Counted from the first letter of the stretch, positions 7,867 to 21,282 are shown. The stretch is DNA of 64,000 nt from an uncultured Ruminococcus sp. (GCA_964558485.1 CAZLED010000001.1:26491-90490); one strand, 5' to 3'. A program made the numbers and translations. The notes: a model not told the origin generated them from the letters alone.

Positions 7867-9333
7867 TCAATCTGCGAAGGATTCCAGCACCGTTTTGTAA
7901 TGCTTGGTGGCTGCGCTTTCCTGGGCCGCTGCTTTGGAGGCAAGGTCGGCGGAGTTGGCGGCGGTCAGGTCACAGAACAGATCGTTGTATTGGCTGTATT
8001 TGTAGGTGCTGGCAAAGCTGATCTTCAGACCATCCATGAGCAGTCCGAACATCTTCTGCGAGTCCTCGTTCCGGAGCAGCTTCTTTTGCATGACGGTCTC
8101 GAATACAGCCGGGTACACGTCATAGTAGCTTTCGATGGCAAGGGCTTCGGTGATCTGCCCGGTGCGATCCATGTCGGCGGTGACCTTGGGAATGCCCAGC
8201 AGACCTGTGCCGCCGGTCACCGTGGTGATGTACCGCTCGTCGGAGGCTTCCCACTTGGGGAACACCAGCAGACCATACTCCGCTTCCATGTCCCGGAAGA
8301 ACTGGTAGGCATCGGTCAGGAAGCCGGAGTAGAACAGACCCTGGTCGTTGGCGAACATCTTGGCAAGGTCGTTTTCCTTGGAGTAGTCGGTGATGAGCCA
8401 GGAGGACGGCGTGTGGGTCAGGGTGACGATGGCTTCCAGGATGGACTGGTTCCGGTCGGACAGCAGGGACAGGGTGAAGGTGCCGTCACCGTTGAAGGTC
8501 ACAGGCTGCACGCCCATGCCAACGGAAAAGGCACCACCGGAGGTACCGTGGGAGGACAGCAGTCCATAGGTGTCCCCATCGTCCCAGGTGCCGTCGCCGT
8601 TTTCATCCACGGATACCGTTTCCACCATCTGCGAGAAGGTGTCGAAGGTCCAGTTGTTCTCGTTCACGTATTCATACGGAGACGTCAGCCCATATTCCGT
8701 GACCATATCCATGTTGCAGAACAGCACGTGGGACAGCATAACGCCGGTGAAGGGGATGTAGTTCATTTGCAGGAAGCACTTGCCGTTCTGGGTCAGGGAC
8801 TCCACAGCCAGCTGGTTCCACCAGGCGCCGGTCATATCGATGTGGGGCACGTCGTAGTAGTTGGCCAGATAGCCGCCCAGTGACAGGGACGACATATCGT
8901 TCACGTGGGCCCACGCCAGATCGTAGGCACCGTCCCCGGCGGTCACAGAGGTTTTGACCAGGCTGGCGGCACTGCCGATGGTGGCGGCGATCTCTACGTT
9001 GAAGTTTTCCTCTACGGTCTGGTTCCGCTTGTAGATGGTATCGTTGATCACGTCTCCGGTCAGCTCGTCCACCACAAATTCCATGGCAGGCAGCTCACCC
9101 AGCTTGGCATACTCTCTGCCGATGATCTGGTAGGTGGCACCCTCGTAATTGGCGGCCGGTAGCAGGTCTGCAGAGCGCTGGACGGCGGTCTCGGTCTCCG
9201 GTGCGGTGGTGTCTGCCACAGTGGTGTCGGACTGGGGCGTGGTCTCGTCTGTGGTACCACCGGAGCAGGCCGTCATAGCGGTCGATACCAGCAGTGCACA
9301 CAGGAGCAGGGAAAATAGCTGTTTCGTTTTCAT
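7867..9333 (-). CDS. Lipoprotein, ABC-type extracellular solute-binding protein family (paralog A)
   Basis: MKTKQLFSLLLCALLVSTAMTAC lipobox, T/E/D-rich linker, then family blocks (INDTIYKRN, GAWWNQ, DENGDGTWDDGD, YGLLVFPK, RNEDS). GAGGAAG RBS before ATG 9331-9333. Confidence 0.8.
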   Translation of the reverse strand: MKTKQLFSLLLCALLVSTAMTACSGGTTDETTPQSDTTVADTTAPETETAVQRSADLLPAANYEGATYQIIGREYAKLGELPAMEFVVDELTGDVINDTIYKRNQTVEENFNVEIAATIGSAASLVKTSVTAGDGAYDLAWAHVNDMSSLSLGGYLANYYDVPHIDMTGAWWNQLAVESLTQNGKCFLQMNYIPFTGVMLSHVLFCNMDMVTEYGLTSPYEYVNENNWTFDTFSQMVETVSVDENGDGTWDDGDTYGLLSSHGTSGGAFSVGMGVQPVTFNGDGTFTLSLLSDRNQSILEAIVTLTHTPSSWLITDYSKENDLAKMFANDQGLFYSGFLTDAYQFFRDMEAEYGLLVFPKWEASDERYITTVTGGTGLLGIPKVTADMDRTGQITEALAIESYYDVYPAVFETVMQKKLLRNEDSQKMFGLLMDGLKISFASTYKYSQYNDLFCDLTAANSADLASKAAAQESAATKHYKTVLESFAD

Positions 9334-9389
9334 GACAAATCTTCCTCGGTTCATGAATTGTTTTTTGTAGTACAATCGTTGCTACCATG

Positions 9390-9418
9390 ATTATAGCACA
9401 TCTGTCTGCGAATTTCAA
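9390..9418 (-). promoter_or_regulatory. Promoter of SBP paralog A
   Basis: Minus strand: TTGAAA (9418-9413), 17 nt spacer, TGc-TATAAT (9395-9390). Confidence 0.55.
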
Positions 9419-9845
9419 GATGATGGCACAAAGATCGTTTGGCTTTTTTCAGAAGCGGCGGTGGGTCCTATATAATAAAAGGTAGGCTTCTCATCTATGC
9501 CAGGTTGGATGGTGGCGGTTTTGCTGCAATCACAAGCCCAAAAGCGAAGACGTATGGCTTTTGGATCGGTTTTCCACCGGGATCGGTGTCGTATAAGGAC
9601 AGCATCCTACCCGATGTCCCGTTTTTCGTCATTCTGTCGTAATCTGCAACCGGATACGGAAAGAAATTCTATGCGCTTCCATGCTGCAAGTTTACAGATT
9701 CATACTGGATTTGATGGCGCATAACGGGTATACTATAAGGGTATTTTTTATACACATATTTATATTTATAGAAACGCTGGAGCCGCTTGACAGAATTTTT
9801 GATTTCTCTCTGAAATATTTTTATGGCTCGGCGTGGAGGAGATCC

Positions 9846-11330
9846 ATGACAAAAAAGCATACCCTGATCGCACTACTCTTAGCGTTCCTGACCATTGCAC
9901 CTACCTTTGCTTCCTGCGCAGGGGACACAAAGGAGACACAGCCTGCCAACGATACTACCGCTGACAAAACCGACACTACCGAAACCACCGATGCGGTGAC
10001 TGCCGATATTCCGGTGCTGGATTTTGGTGGCGCAGACTTTACCTTTGGAGATTCTGACGAAACAGACCACAACGGTGCCGAATGGGCGACCTACGACGTT
10101 TGGGTGGATGGTACCACCGGCGACGCACTGAACGATGCGGTCTACGAACGGAGAATGTATCTGGAAAACACCTACAAGATCAATATGAAGGAAGTCAAGG
10201 GGCATACCCAGGTGATCACGGAACAGGACGTGACCTCCGGTACCGGCGAATTGGATGCCGTCATGACCAATGTACTGGTGTCCTGCAACTTAGCGACCAG
10301 TGGCTACACCCGGAACCTGTATGACGTACCCTATATCGATCTGACCAAATCCTATTGGGACCAAGGCTGTGTAGAAGACCTGGAGCTGCTGGGTGGCGTG
10401 TATTTTGCCAACGGTGACATCACCGTCATGGACGACGACGCCACTTGGGTACTGATGTTTGACAAGGGTCTGTACGAGGACAACGGCTTTGAGAACATTT
10501 ACGAAAAGGTCAAGAACAAGGACTGGTACATGGACGATATGCTGGAAATGATGTCCACCGCTGCCCGGGACGTGAACGGGGACGGCGCTATGCTCTGGAC
10601 CGACGATATTTTCGGCTTCACCACCTCCTACAACTCCTGCCAGGGTCTGTTCTATGCCTCCGGCGAAAAGTTCGTTTACAAGGATGAAAGCGGCAAGCCT
10701 GCTCTGACCACCTCTCTGGAACGGCTGACCAATGTGGTGGAGAAGACCGGGAAGATCATGGCAGACGAGAACCTGACCATTCTGGTGAACACCATTGGTT
10801 CCTATGACGATATGCGTGCTATGTTCTCCGAGGGCAGAGCGCTGTTCTATGGGGAAGTGCTGCAGTGTGTGACCCGTCTGCGGGACAGCGATGCGGACTT
10901 TGGTCTGATCCCGTGGCCTATGTTCGATGAAAACCAGGACGGTTACCACAGCTTTGTACACAAGAGTGCCGGTAAGGGTATCTGTGTCACCGCAGCTGCC
11001 AAGGACGTGGATATGTCCGGTGTCATCATCGAGGCTATGGCTGCCAAGTCGGTAGACACGCTGACCCCGGCCTACTACGACATTGCCATTACCCGGAAGG
11101 CTATGCGGGACGAGGAATCCGTGGAAATGCTGGATATCATCCTGAAGGATCGCCGGTATGACTTGGGTTATATCTACAACTGGGGTGAACTGTACGAGGA
11201 GATCCGTGGGCTGATCGCCTATGGCGAGACCACCGTTGCCTCCACCTGGGAAGCGTACGCCGGTGCCTGTGAAGCCGGTATCAACGAGACCATTGCTGCA
11301 CTGGAAAAGATAGCAGCTACACGGCAGTAA
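9846..11330 (+). CDS. Lipoprotein, solute-binding protein family (paralog B)
   Basis: MTKKHTLIALLLAFLTIAPTFASC lipobox. LNDAVYERR, KSYWDQG, DVNGDGAM, FGLIPWPMFDE, MRDEESVEMLDI. GGAGGAG RBS before ATG 9846. Confidence 0.8.
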   Translation: MTKKHTLIALLLAFLTIAPTFASCAGDTKETQPANDTTADKTDTTETTDAVTADIPVLDFGGADFTFGDSDETDHNGAEWATYDVWVDGTTGDALNDAVYERRMYLENTYKINMKEVKGHTQVITEQDVTSGTGELDAVMTNVLVSCNLATSGYTRNLYDVPYIDLTKSYWDQGCVEDLELLGGVYFANGDITVMDDDATWVLMFDKGLYEDNGFENIYEKVKNKDWYMDDMLEMMSTAARDVNGDGAMLWTDDIFGFTTSYNSCQGLFYASGEKFVYKDESGKPALTTSLERLTNVVEKTGKIMADENLTILVNTIGSYDDMRAMFSEGRALFYGEVLQCVTRLRDSDADFGLIPWPMFDENQDGYHSFVHKSAGKGICVTAAAKDVDMSGVIIEAMAAKSVDTLTPAYYDIAITRKAMRDEESVEMLDIILKDRRYDLGYIYNWGELYEEIRGLIAYGETTVASTWEAYAGACEAGINETIAALEKIAATRQ

Positions 11331-11545
11331 AATGAAAAAGGATCTGTTGCAAGTGAAAAAGTTTTGATCCAACTTTTTCAAAAGTTGGCAGGGGTTGAGG
11401 GGACAGAGTCCCTCATCGACCTCCGCAGAGGTCGAAATACCCAGGACATCCGATAAAATTCCTCTTTTTGCTTCTTTAGCAGTACTGCGTAATGCGCTCC
11501 TCGCTAAAGGAGAAAAAGAAGAGAATAACACTATGATATAAAAAA

Positions 11546-11597
11546 GAGGCTGTTGCATTTTTGGAATTTCTTCCTTCGTGCAACAGCCTCTTTTTTT
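11546..11597. terminator. Bidirectional-looking terminator; copy 2 of the 43-nt hairpin core
   Basis: AAAAA, then gaggctgttgca-(same 21-nt loop)-tgcaacagcctc (12-bp perfect stem), then TTTTTTT. Confidence 0.65.
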
Positions 11598-11758
11598 GCT
11601 GCAAAAATGGGGAAATTCCCAAAAAACGATTGCATTTGTCCCCACGATGGAGTATACTATAGATAAATACATACAGAATGCGCAGCATTCTACCATAACT
11701 ACTCATTTGTTATTATTTAGTATTCAATTTTCACTTTTCCAAAAAAGGAGACAACACC

Positions 11759-12550
11759 ATGCGGTATATCGTTGACCATGACTTACATATCCATTCCCAG
11801 CTTTCCCTTTGCTCGAACGACCCCGGACAGACACCCCAGGCGATCCTGGACTACGGCGTCCAAAACGGACTGAAGACCCTGTGTCTCACCGACCATATGT
11901 GGGATGCGGCTGTCCCCGGCTGCACCTTTGACTTTTATGTAAAGCAGCCCTACGAACGCATCTGCCAGGCACTGCCACTGCCCCAGCATGACGGGGTCAA
12001 GTTCCTCTTTGGCTGTGAGACCGACCAGGACAAAAACTGCACCGTGGGTGTGTCTCCGGCGCTGGTTGAAAAGCTTGACTTTATCATCATTCCCACCACG
12101 CACCTGCATATGGGCGGCTTCACGCTCCGTGGGGACGAAGGTGTGGAGGAAAGAGCAAGCCTGTGGTGCAGTCGGCTGGACAGCGTGCTGGATATGGATC
12201 TGCCCTTCTACAAGGTGGGTATTGCACACCTGACCTGTAGCCTTATGTACACCGGGCACTATCTGGAGGTGCTGGCTGCCATCCCGGACAGCGAATACCA
12301 TCGTCTGTTCGCCAAGGCTGCCAAGGTAGGTGCCGGGATCGAGCTGAACTTCCCGTCGCTCAGTCTGGACGAGAACAGCCGGGATCTGACCTTGAAGCCC
12401 TACCGGATCGCCAAGGAAGAAGGCTGCAAATTCTATTTTGGCTCCGACGCACACCATCCGAAAGAGCTGGCCGGTGCTATGGCAAACTTCCAAAACATCG
12501 TGGATCTGCTGGGACTGGAGGAGACGGACAAGATCGAATTTTTAAAATAA
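11759..12550 (+). CDS. PHP-domain metal-dependent phosphoesterase
   Basis: DLHIHSQLSLCS, LCLTDHMWD, FGCETD, PTTHLH and GSDAHHP histidine clusters typical of PHP/histidinol-phosphatase-like folds. AAAGGAG RBS. Confidence 0.7.
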   Translation: MRYIVDHDLHIHSQLSLCSNDPGQTPQAILDYGVQNGLKTLCLTDHMWDAAVPGCTFDFYVKQPYERICQALPLPQHDGVKFLFGCETDQDKNCTVGVSPALVEKLDFIIIPTTHLHMGGFTLRGDEGVEERASLWCSRLDSVLDMDLPFYKVGIAHLTCSLMYTGHYLEVLAAIPDSEYHRLFAKAAKVGAGIELNFPSLSLDENSRDLTLKPYRIAKEEGCKFYFGSDAHHPKELAGAMANFQNIVDLLGLEETDKIEFLK

Positions 12551-12563
12551 TGCACCATCGCCG

Positions 12564-12592
12564 TTGACGGATCGTCCAAGATGTGGTATCCT
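12564..12592 (+). promoter_or_regulatory. Promoter of the small lipoprotein gene
   Basis: TTGACG (12564-12569), 17 nt spacer, TGg-TATCCT (12587-12592). Confidence 0.45.
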
Positions 12593-12647
12593 ATAGGTGT
12601 CAGAAAGAAGTGCCGACAAGACCGTTTTGTAAAATGAGGTATATCTT

Positions 12648-12962
12648 ATGAAACGTTTCTTTTGCCTGTTTCTTTGCATCCTATTTCTTTCCTCCTGCAC
12701 CAGTGTATTCGAACCCACCGGCGCAGGAGAGCATATGTACACGCAGGAAGACATTCCGAAAATGAACGAAGGCTATTTCGGCAGAGAATACTACCTCAAG
12801 GTGATCGGCTATGAACTGGATCGTCCGGTGGTCACCATGGCGCTGACCCTGACCCAACTGGAAAGCGAAGACAGCTATGACGGAAAATCTTCTGCCTATT
12901 TCTCGCTGGAGATCACCTCCGTTGCCTACAGCGATCGATACCAAATGATGCTGGAAGACTAA
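12648..12962 (+). CDS. Small lipoprotein of unknown function (104 aa)
   Basis: MKRFFCLFLCILFLSSC lipobox signal peptide. No other recognisable domain. Confidence 0.55.
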   Translation: MKRFFCLFLCILFLSSCTSVFEPTGAGEHMYTQEDIPKMNEGYFGREYYLKVIGYELDRPVVTMALTLTQLESEDSYDGKSSAYFSLEITSVAYSDRYQMMLED

Positions 12963-12971
12963 GTGAACGAC

Positions 12972-13006
12972 AAAAAACGCTACGAATCTCTCGCAGCGTT
13001 TTTTTG
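12972..13006. terminator. Bidirectional rho-independent terminator between convergent genes
   Basis: AAAAAA-cgctacga...tcgcagcg-TTTTTTT (10-bp stem with one mismatch). Confidence 0.65.
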
Positions 13007-13013
13007 TTTTGGT

Positions 13014-14510
13014 TTACTTTTCCAGATATTCCATAAACTTGGCAATGTTGGTCTCGATGGTACCCTTGTTGGAAGCAACGGTGGATGCCACCTGGTTGTC
13101 GCCGTTGAACAGCTTGCTGTTGATGGTGCTCCGCATACTGCTGTTGTACCAGTTGAACATGATGGCAATGTCTACCGCACGGGTCTGTCGCATGATGTCC
13201 AGCATCTCCACGGAGTCCTCGTTCCGCAGGCCCTTGTGTTCTACAACCGTATTATAGTACAGGGGGATCACCTTTTCCTGGCTGTCGTGTGCCAGAACCT
13301 CGGTGATGGTGGCAGTCTGGTCCAGACAGCTGTTGGTGGTGGGGATGGTCAGGCAGAAGACAGAGGTCACGATGTTGGTGATGTAGTTTTCCTGCTCTTC
13401 GTCTGCCTTGGGGAAGGGCACGATACCAAAGGTGTCTTCCATATCTCGCATGAGCTGGGCCGCCTTGATCTCACCGGTCATGAACAGGGATCTGCCTACG
13501 GTGAACACGTGTACATAGCCGCCTGCATCCACGTCAAAGTCTACGTTGGAGGCCTTCAGGGTGTTGCCGGTCTTGCCGTTCATCAGCACCGCCAGCTTGT
13601 CGATTACGTTGTAGAAATGCTCGTTTTCCAGGGTGAAGGCGATGGTGCCGTCGCTCTGGGTCTGAGCGCAGCGTACACCGGCAGAGAAGTAGAATTTTTC
13701 CGGTCCGTCCTGGTGGGAGGAGATGCCCCAGAGGCAGGTGCCGTCCTTGTTCCACTTGAAGGATTCATCGGTGTTCAGGGTCGCCACCTCGGTGCAGTAT
13801 TCGGTCAGCGCATCCAGCGTCCATTTGCCCTCACGAACCAGGTCATAGGGCTTATCCATGTTCCGTTCTTCCATCATGTTTTCGTTGAAGAACAGGCACC
13901 ACATGGAGTCGTATGCCATCAGGTTGATAGCGCCGGTGGCAAAGTACAGCTTATCCTGCAGCGTGGTGGCCTGGATCACGTCCTGGTCCCACCAGCTTTC
14001 CGACAGCTGCAGCTGGGGAATGTCCATCAGGTTCAATAGATACCCTTCCGTCACCAGTGAAATATCCTGGGAGATGGGCAGGAACATCACGTCATAGTCG
14101 TCGCTGCCGGACATGATGGAGGTCTTGGCCTCGTCGGTCAGCAGCGTCACGGTGTTGGCCGCATCGCATTCGATCTTCTTTTCGATGATCTTGCAGTTGA
14201 GCTTGTCCTCGATGGCACGGTTCCGGTTGTACAGGGCATCGTTCAAGGTCTCCCCGGTCAGCTCGGTGGCGTCCATGTAGATGAACATATTCCAGAGCTG
14301 GTCAAAGTTCAGCATCCGGTATTCGCCACCGGCGTAGTCCACATCGGGATACTGCCAACCGTCGGTCTCGGCTTCGGTGGTAGTTGTGTCGGCGCCTGTG
14401 GTGTCGGTGTTGGATTCGTCCGTGTTGGTGCTGGTTTCTCCGGCGCAGGAGAAGAGCATAGGGGCTGTCAGCATAGCAGATAGCAGCAGGGCAAGGATAC
14501 GTTTTTTCAT
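13014..14510 (-). CDS. Lipoprotein, solute-binding protein family (paralog C)
   Basis: MKKRILALLLSAMLTAPMLFSC lipobox. LNDALYNRN, ESWWDQD, FGIVPFPKADE, RNEDSVEMLDI. AAAGGAG RBS before ATG 14508-14510. Confidence 0.8.
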   Translation of the reverse strand: MKKRILALLLSAMLTAPMLFSCAGETSTNTDESNTDTTGADTTTTEAETDGWQYPDVDYAGGEYRMLNFDQLWNMFIYMDATELTGETLNDALYNRNRAIEDKLNCKIIEKKIECDAANTVTLLTDEAKTSIMSGSDDYDVMFLPISQDISLVTEGYLLNLMDIPQLQLSESWWDQDVIQATTLQDKLYFATGAINLMAYDSMWCLFFNENMMEERNMDKPYDLVREGKWTLDALTEYCTEVATLNTDESFKWNKDGTCLWGISSHQDGPEKFYFSAGVRCAQTQSDGTIAFTLENEHFYNVIDKLAVLMNGKTGNTLKASNVDFDVDAGGYVHVFTVGRSLFMTGEIKAAQLMRDMEDTFGIVPFPKADEEQENYITNIVTSVFCLTIPTTNSCLDQTATITEVLAHDSQEKVIPLYYNTVVEHKGLRNEDSVEMLDIMRQTRAVDIAIMFNWYNSSMRSTINSKLFNGDNQVASTVASNKGTIETNIAKFMEYLEK

Positions 14511-14607
14511 GCAGATGATATACTCCTTTTGTGATGATAGATGAAACGATTTGCATTCCAAGCCAAACAAAAGCATGGATCGGGAACGTTTTATGGTGCC
14601 GTGTATC

Positions 14608-14636
14608 ATTATACTACATTCTGTTGGCAAAAGCAA
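14608..14636 (-). promoter_or_regulatory. Promoter of SBP paralog C
   Basis: Minus strand: TTGCTT (14636-14631), 17 nt spacer, TATAAT (14613-14608). Confidence 0.5.
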
Positions 14637-14723
14637 GTAGACGACATCAACTTTGTGCAGAATGCCCAAATGGTTACCAGAAAAAAACGCCACGTTTTTT
14701 ACGCAGCGTTTTTGGTGTATATC

Positions 14724-18172
<3,449 letters not shown>

Positions 18173-18182
18173 TGCGAGAAAA

Positions 18183-20255
18183 TTATTCGTCGTCGGAGTT
18201 GTCGGCGTCGGCGATGACCTTCTGGGCAATGTTGCCGGGAACCTCTTCGTAACGGTCTACGATGAAGTCATAGGAACCACGACCCTGGGACATAGCACGC
18301 AGCGCAATGGTGTAATCCATCATTTCTGCCTTCGGTACATCGGCTTCTACAACGGTATAACCAGACTTGTGCTCGGCAGGATTGATACCCAGCACACGGC
18401 CACGACGCTTGTTCACGTCACCCATAACGTCGCCTACCAGAGAATCCGGAACGGTGGCGTACAGAGTACCAACGGGCTCCAGCAGTACCGGCTTTGCCTG
18501 GGGCAGACCAGCCTTGTACGCCAGCTTAGCGGCCAGCTTGAAGGAGATTTCGTTGGAGTCTACCGGGTGATAGGAACCATCGTACAGGTCGGCTGCCAGG
18601 TTCACCATGGGATAGCCGGCCAGCACACCCTTCAGCATGGCTTCCTGCAGACCCTTTTCTACGGCCGGATAGAAGTTCTTCGGTACGGTACCGCCTACAA
18701 CGGACTGGGTGAAGGTCAGACCTTCTGCGTCACCGTGGGAGAAGCGCATCTTCACGTGGCCATACTGACCGGAACCGCCGGACTGCTTCTTGTGCTTGCC
18801 TTCTACATCTGCCGTACCCTTGATGGTCTCACGGTATGCGATCTTGGGCGTGGTCAGCTCCACAGAGGTACCAAAACGGCTCTTCAGCTTGGAAACGACT
18901 ACAGCAAAGTGGATGTCGCCCATAGCGGACAGGGTCATCTGCTTGGTCTCGGCATTGTTTTCATATACCAGCGTGGGATCCTCTTCCAGCAGTCTGGCGA
19001 TACCCACGGAGATCTTATCTTCGTCACCCTTGGCGGCAGGCATGATGGCCTGGGTCATGTACGGCTTCGGGAAGGTGATCTTCTTATACTGAATGTCGGC
19101 GCCGGTGGTCAGGGTGTCGTTGGTGTTGGTGCCGGCCAGCTTGGCGATCATACCAATGTCACCACAAGCCAGTGCGGTCACTTCGGTCTGCTTCTTACCA
19201 CGGATGGTGTAGATGTGTGCCATCTTTTCCATGACGCCGGTGTTGGTGTTCTTCAGGGTCATGTCGGCGGTCAGCTCACCGTTCATCACCTTGAAGAAGG
19301 ACATCTTTCCTACGAACGGGTCGGCGATGGTCTTGAATACGAACAGTGCGCATTCGCCGTCGGCTGCGATGGGCGTTTCGGTTTCGTCGTCGCCGTCCAC
19401 CAGATGCTCGACCTTACGGGCCGTCGGACGCGGGAAGGAGTCTGCAATGGTATCCAGCAGGAAGTTCACACCCCACAGATTCACGGCAGAACCGGAGAAT
19501 ACGGGCACGATGGAGCCGTCGATGATACCCTGGTGCAGTGCTTCCACCGCTTCTTCCTGGGTGATGACGCCTTCGTCGAAATACTTGTCCATCAGCTCTT
19601 CACTGGTGGCAGCCAGCGCTTCGTTCAGGGTCTCGGCGTAACCGGCAGCGATCTCTTCCTGGGCAGGCGTGAAATCGGCTTCGCTTCTCTTGCCCTTGTC
19701 GTCAAAGGTGTAGGCCTTTCTCTGGATCAGGTTCAGGAAGGTCACCTTCTTGCCGTCCTTTACAGGTACCAGTACCGGGCAAACTGCCGTACCGAACTGG
19801 TCGTTCAGCTGATTGAATACTCTTTCGAAATCCGCTTCGGGATCGTCACACTTGTTGATGAAGAAGGCCTTGGGGATACCGGCATCGGTCACCTTGTCCC
19901 AAGCCAGCTCGGCACCCACTTCTACGCCAGCCTTGCCGTCCAGCACGATGATACCGGCGTCTGCCACACGAGTAGCGGCACAAACTTCGCCTTGGAAGTC
20001 CAAGAAGCCGGGAGTGTCGATGAAGTTGACCTTAATGTCATTCCAGATCACGGGTGCCATGGTCAGAGTCAGAGAAAAGCCGCGCTTGATCTCTTCCGCA
20101 TCGTAGTCACAAACGGTGTTGCCGTCGGTGATCTTTCCAAGTCTGTCGGTGGCTTTGCTCAGGTAGAGGGCTGCTTCGGCGATGGAAGTCTTACCGCTTC
20201 CGCCGTGTCCCAGTAAAACGATATTCCGGATACTCTTGGTGTTGAAATCTGCCAT
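18183..20255 (-). CDS. Elongation factor G paralogue (EF-G2 type translational GTPase, 690 aa)
   Basis: MADFNTKSIRNIVLLGHGGSGKTS (P-loop), NFIDTPGFLDFQGE (switch II DxPG), FINKCD (NKxD), then EF-G domains II-V. AAGGAG RBS before ATG 20253-20255. Confidence 0.85.
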   Translation of the reverse strand: MADFNTKSIRNIVLLGHGGSGKTSIAEAALYLSKATDRLGKITDGNTVCDYDAEEIKRGFSLTLTMAPVIWNDIKVNFIDTPGFLDFQGEVCAATRVADAGIIVLDGKAGVEVGAELAWDKVTDAGIPKAFFINKCDDPEADFERVFNQLNDQFGTAVCPVLVPVKDGKKVTFLNLIQRKAYTFDDKGKRSEADFTPAQEEIAAGYAETLNEALAATSEELMDKYFDEGVITQEEAVEALHQGIIDGSIVPVFSGSAVNLWGVNFLLDTIADSFPRPTARKVEHLVDGDDETETPIAADGECALFVFKTIADPFVGKMSFFKVMNGELTADMTLKNTNTGVMEKMAHIYTIRGKKQTEVTALACGDIGMIAKLAGTNTNDTLTTGADIQYKKITFPKPYMTQAIMPAAKGDEDKISVGIARLLEEDPTLVYENNAETKQMTLSAMGDIHFAVVVSKLKSRFGTSVELTTPKIAYRETIKGTADVEGKHKKQSGGSGQYGHVKMRFSHGDAEGLTFTQSVVGGTVPKNFYPAVEKGLQEAMLKGVLAGYPMVNLAADLYDGSYHPVDSNEISFKLAAKLAYKAGLPQAKPVLLEPVGTLYATVPDSLVGDVMGDVNKRRGRVLGINPAEHKSGYTVVEADVPKAEMMDYTIALRAMSQGRGSYDFIVDRYEEVPGNIAQKVIADADNSDDE

Positions 20256-20369
20256 GGGGTGAACTCCTTTATATATAGTGAAACATTCGTAAGTCACAGG
20301 GTGTGGTCGTATATGTGATGTTCGGGATTCTGTATACACCGAACACGAAAAACCCGACGTTACTTGTTT

Positions 20370-20398
20370 ATTATACACCATCCCAATCGGTATTGCAA
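20370..20398 (-). promoter_or_regulatory. Promoter of the EF-G2 gene
   Basis: Minus strand: TTGCAA (20398-20393), 17 nt spacer, TATAAT (20375-20370). Confidence 0.5.
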
Positions 20399-20613
20399 GA
20401 GCATAGACGAAATTTTTTGCCGTTATGGGTGCCAGGAATTTGCTCCGATTTTTGTGTACCTTGCACAAAAGCGACCACATTTGTCCAAAAACCAAGGGAT
20501 TTCTGCCAGTGCCGTGCTGAAAATCCAGGTGACACAGACGGCTCTGATGGTGCAATTTGCGCAGAAAAGAGACAAGCCAGATGTGCCGGCAGGACCTGCG
20601 GTGGTACATAAGC

Positions 20614-20637
20614 AAAAAAAGCCCCGTCTTTCCGGGC
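20614..20637 (-). terminator. Terminator of the tautomerase-like gene
   Basis: Minus strand: gcccg-gaaaga-cgggg-c followed by TTTTTTT (A-tract 20614-20620 on the plus strand). Confidence 0.5.
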
Positions 20638-20706
20638 AAGGACACCATATCGTGGGAGATAGGTGGATGCCGCCGGAAGCACGGGTGCTTTTTGCATGGG
20701 GCAGCC

Positions 20707-21048
20707 TCAGAAATTGCTGCCGTTCCAGCCCCAATGGGAGACCTCTTCGTATTTGACGTAGCAGTGGTCCGGGGCAATGCCGCAGATCTGCTCCATGGTC
20801 TGGCAGACCAGAGACGTCATTTTGTCGTAGGCAGAGTCGGTGCCCTTGCCGAACAGTGCCACCTGGACCATGGCACAGGGTTTGTTGTCACCGGAAAAAT
20901 GCATGGCGCAGTCTCCGGTCAGATCCACCATGAGCCAGCGTTCGGTCTTGCCGGGGAAGGTCTCGATGTCCCGGCCAAAGGCAGCGGTGAGAGCGGATTC
21001 CTTGTCGGCGCTCAGCGGTGTGGTCATGCGTACCTGGATATAAGGCAT
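20707..21048 (-). CDS. Tautomerase/MIF-superfamily protein (113 aa)
   Basis: Starts MPYIQVRM (Pro-1 after Met removal, the hallmark of the tautomerase superfamily). AAAGGAG RBS before ATG 21046-21048. The upstream extension in the ORF track was rejected. Confidence 0.6.
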   Translation of the reverse strand: MPYIQVRMTTPLSADKESALTAAFGRDIETFPGKTERWLMVDLTGDCAMHFSGDNKPCAMVQVALFGKGTDSAYDKMTSLVCQTMEQICGIAPDHCYVKYEEVSHWGWNGSNF

Positions 21049-21282
21049 AAGTGTATACTCCTTTTGTGGTTTTGGTATGTTGATATGATACCACGGAACG
21101 AGGCGATTGTCAAGGGGAAGATGGGATAAGGAACCGGGCACTTGTAGGGGCGATTCAAGAATCGCCCGAAGAAATGCTGTGGTATTCTGCAGTTCTACAA
21201 AGCATAATGTACGTCGAATCTACAGGTGTAACGAATATAGCTGTAAACCGCCATAGGTATACCCAATTTGCTAAATTTGATA

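Noticed and set aside
20256-20706. Several 100-130-aa ORFs on both strands between the EF-G2 and tautomerase genes
   Set aside because: They overlap one another, have no RBS, and have Arg/Pro/Cys-rich composition. The region is explained by a terminator (20614-20637) plus the EF-G2 promoter and leader.
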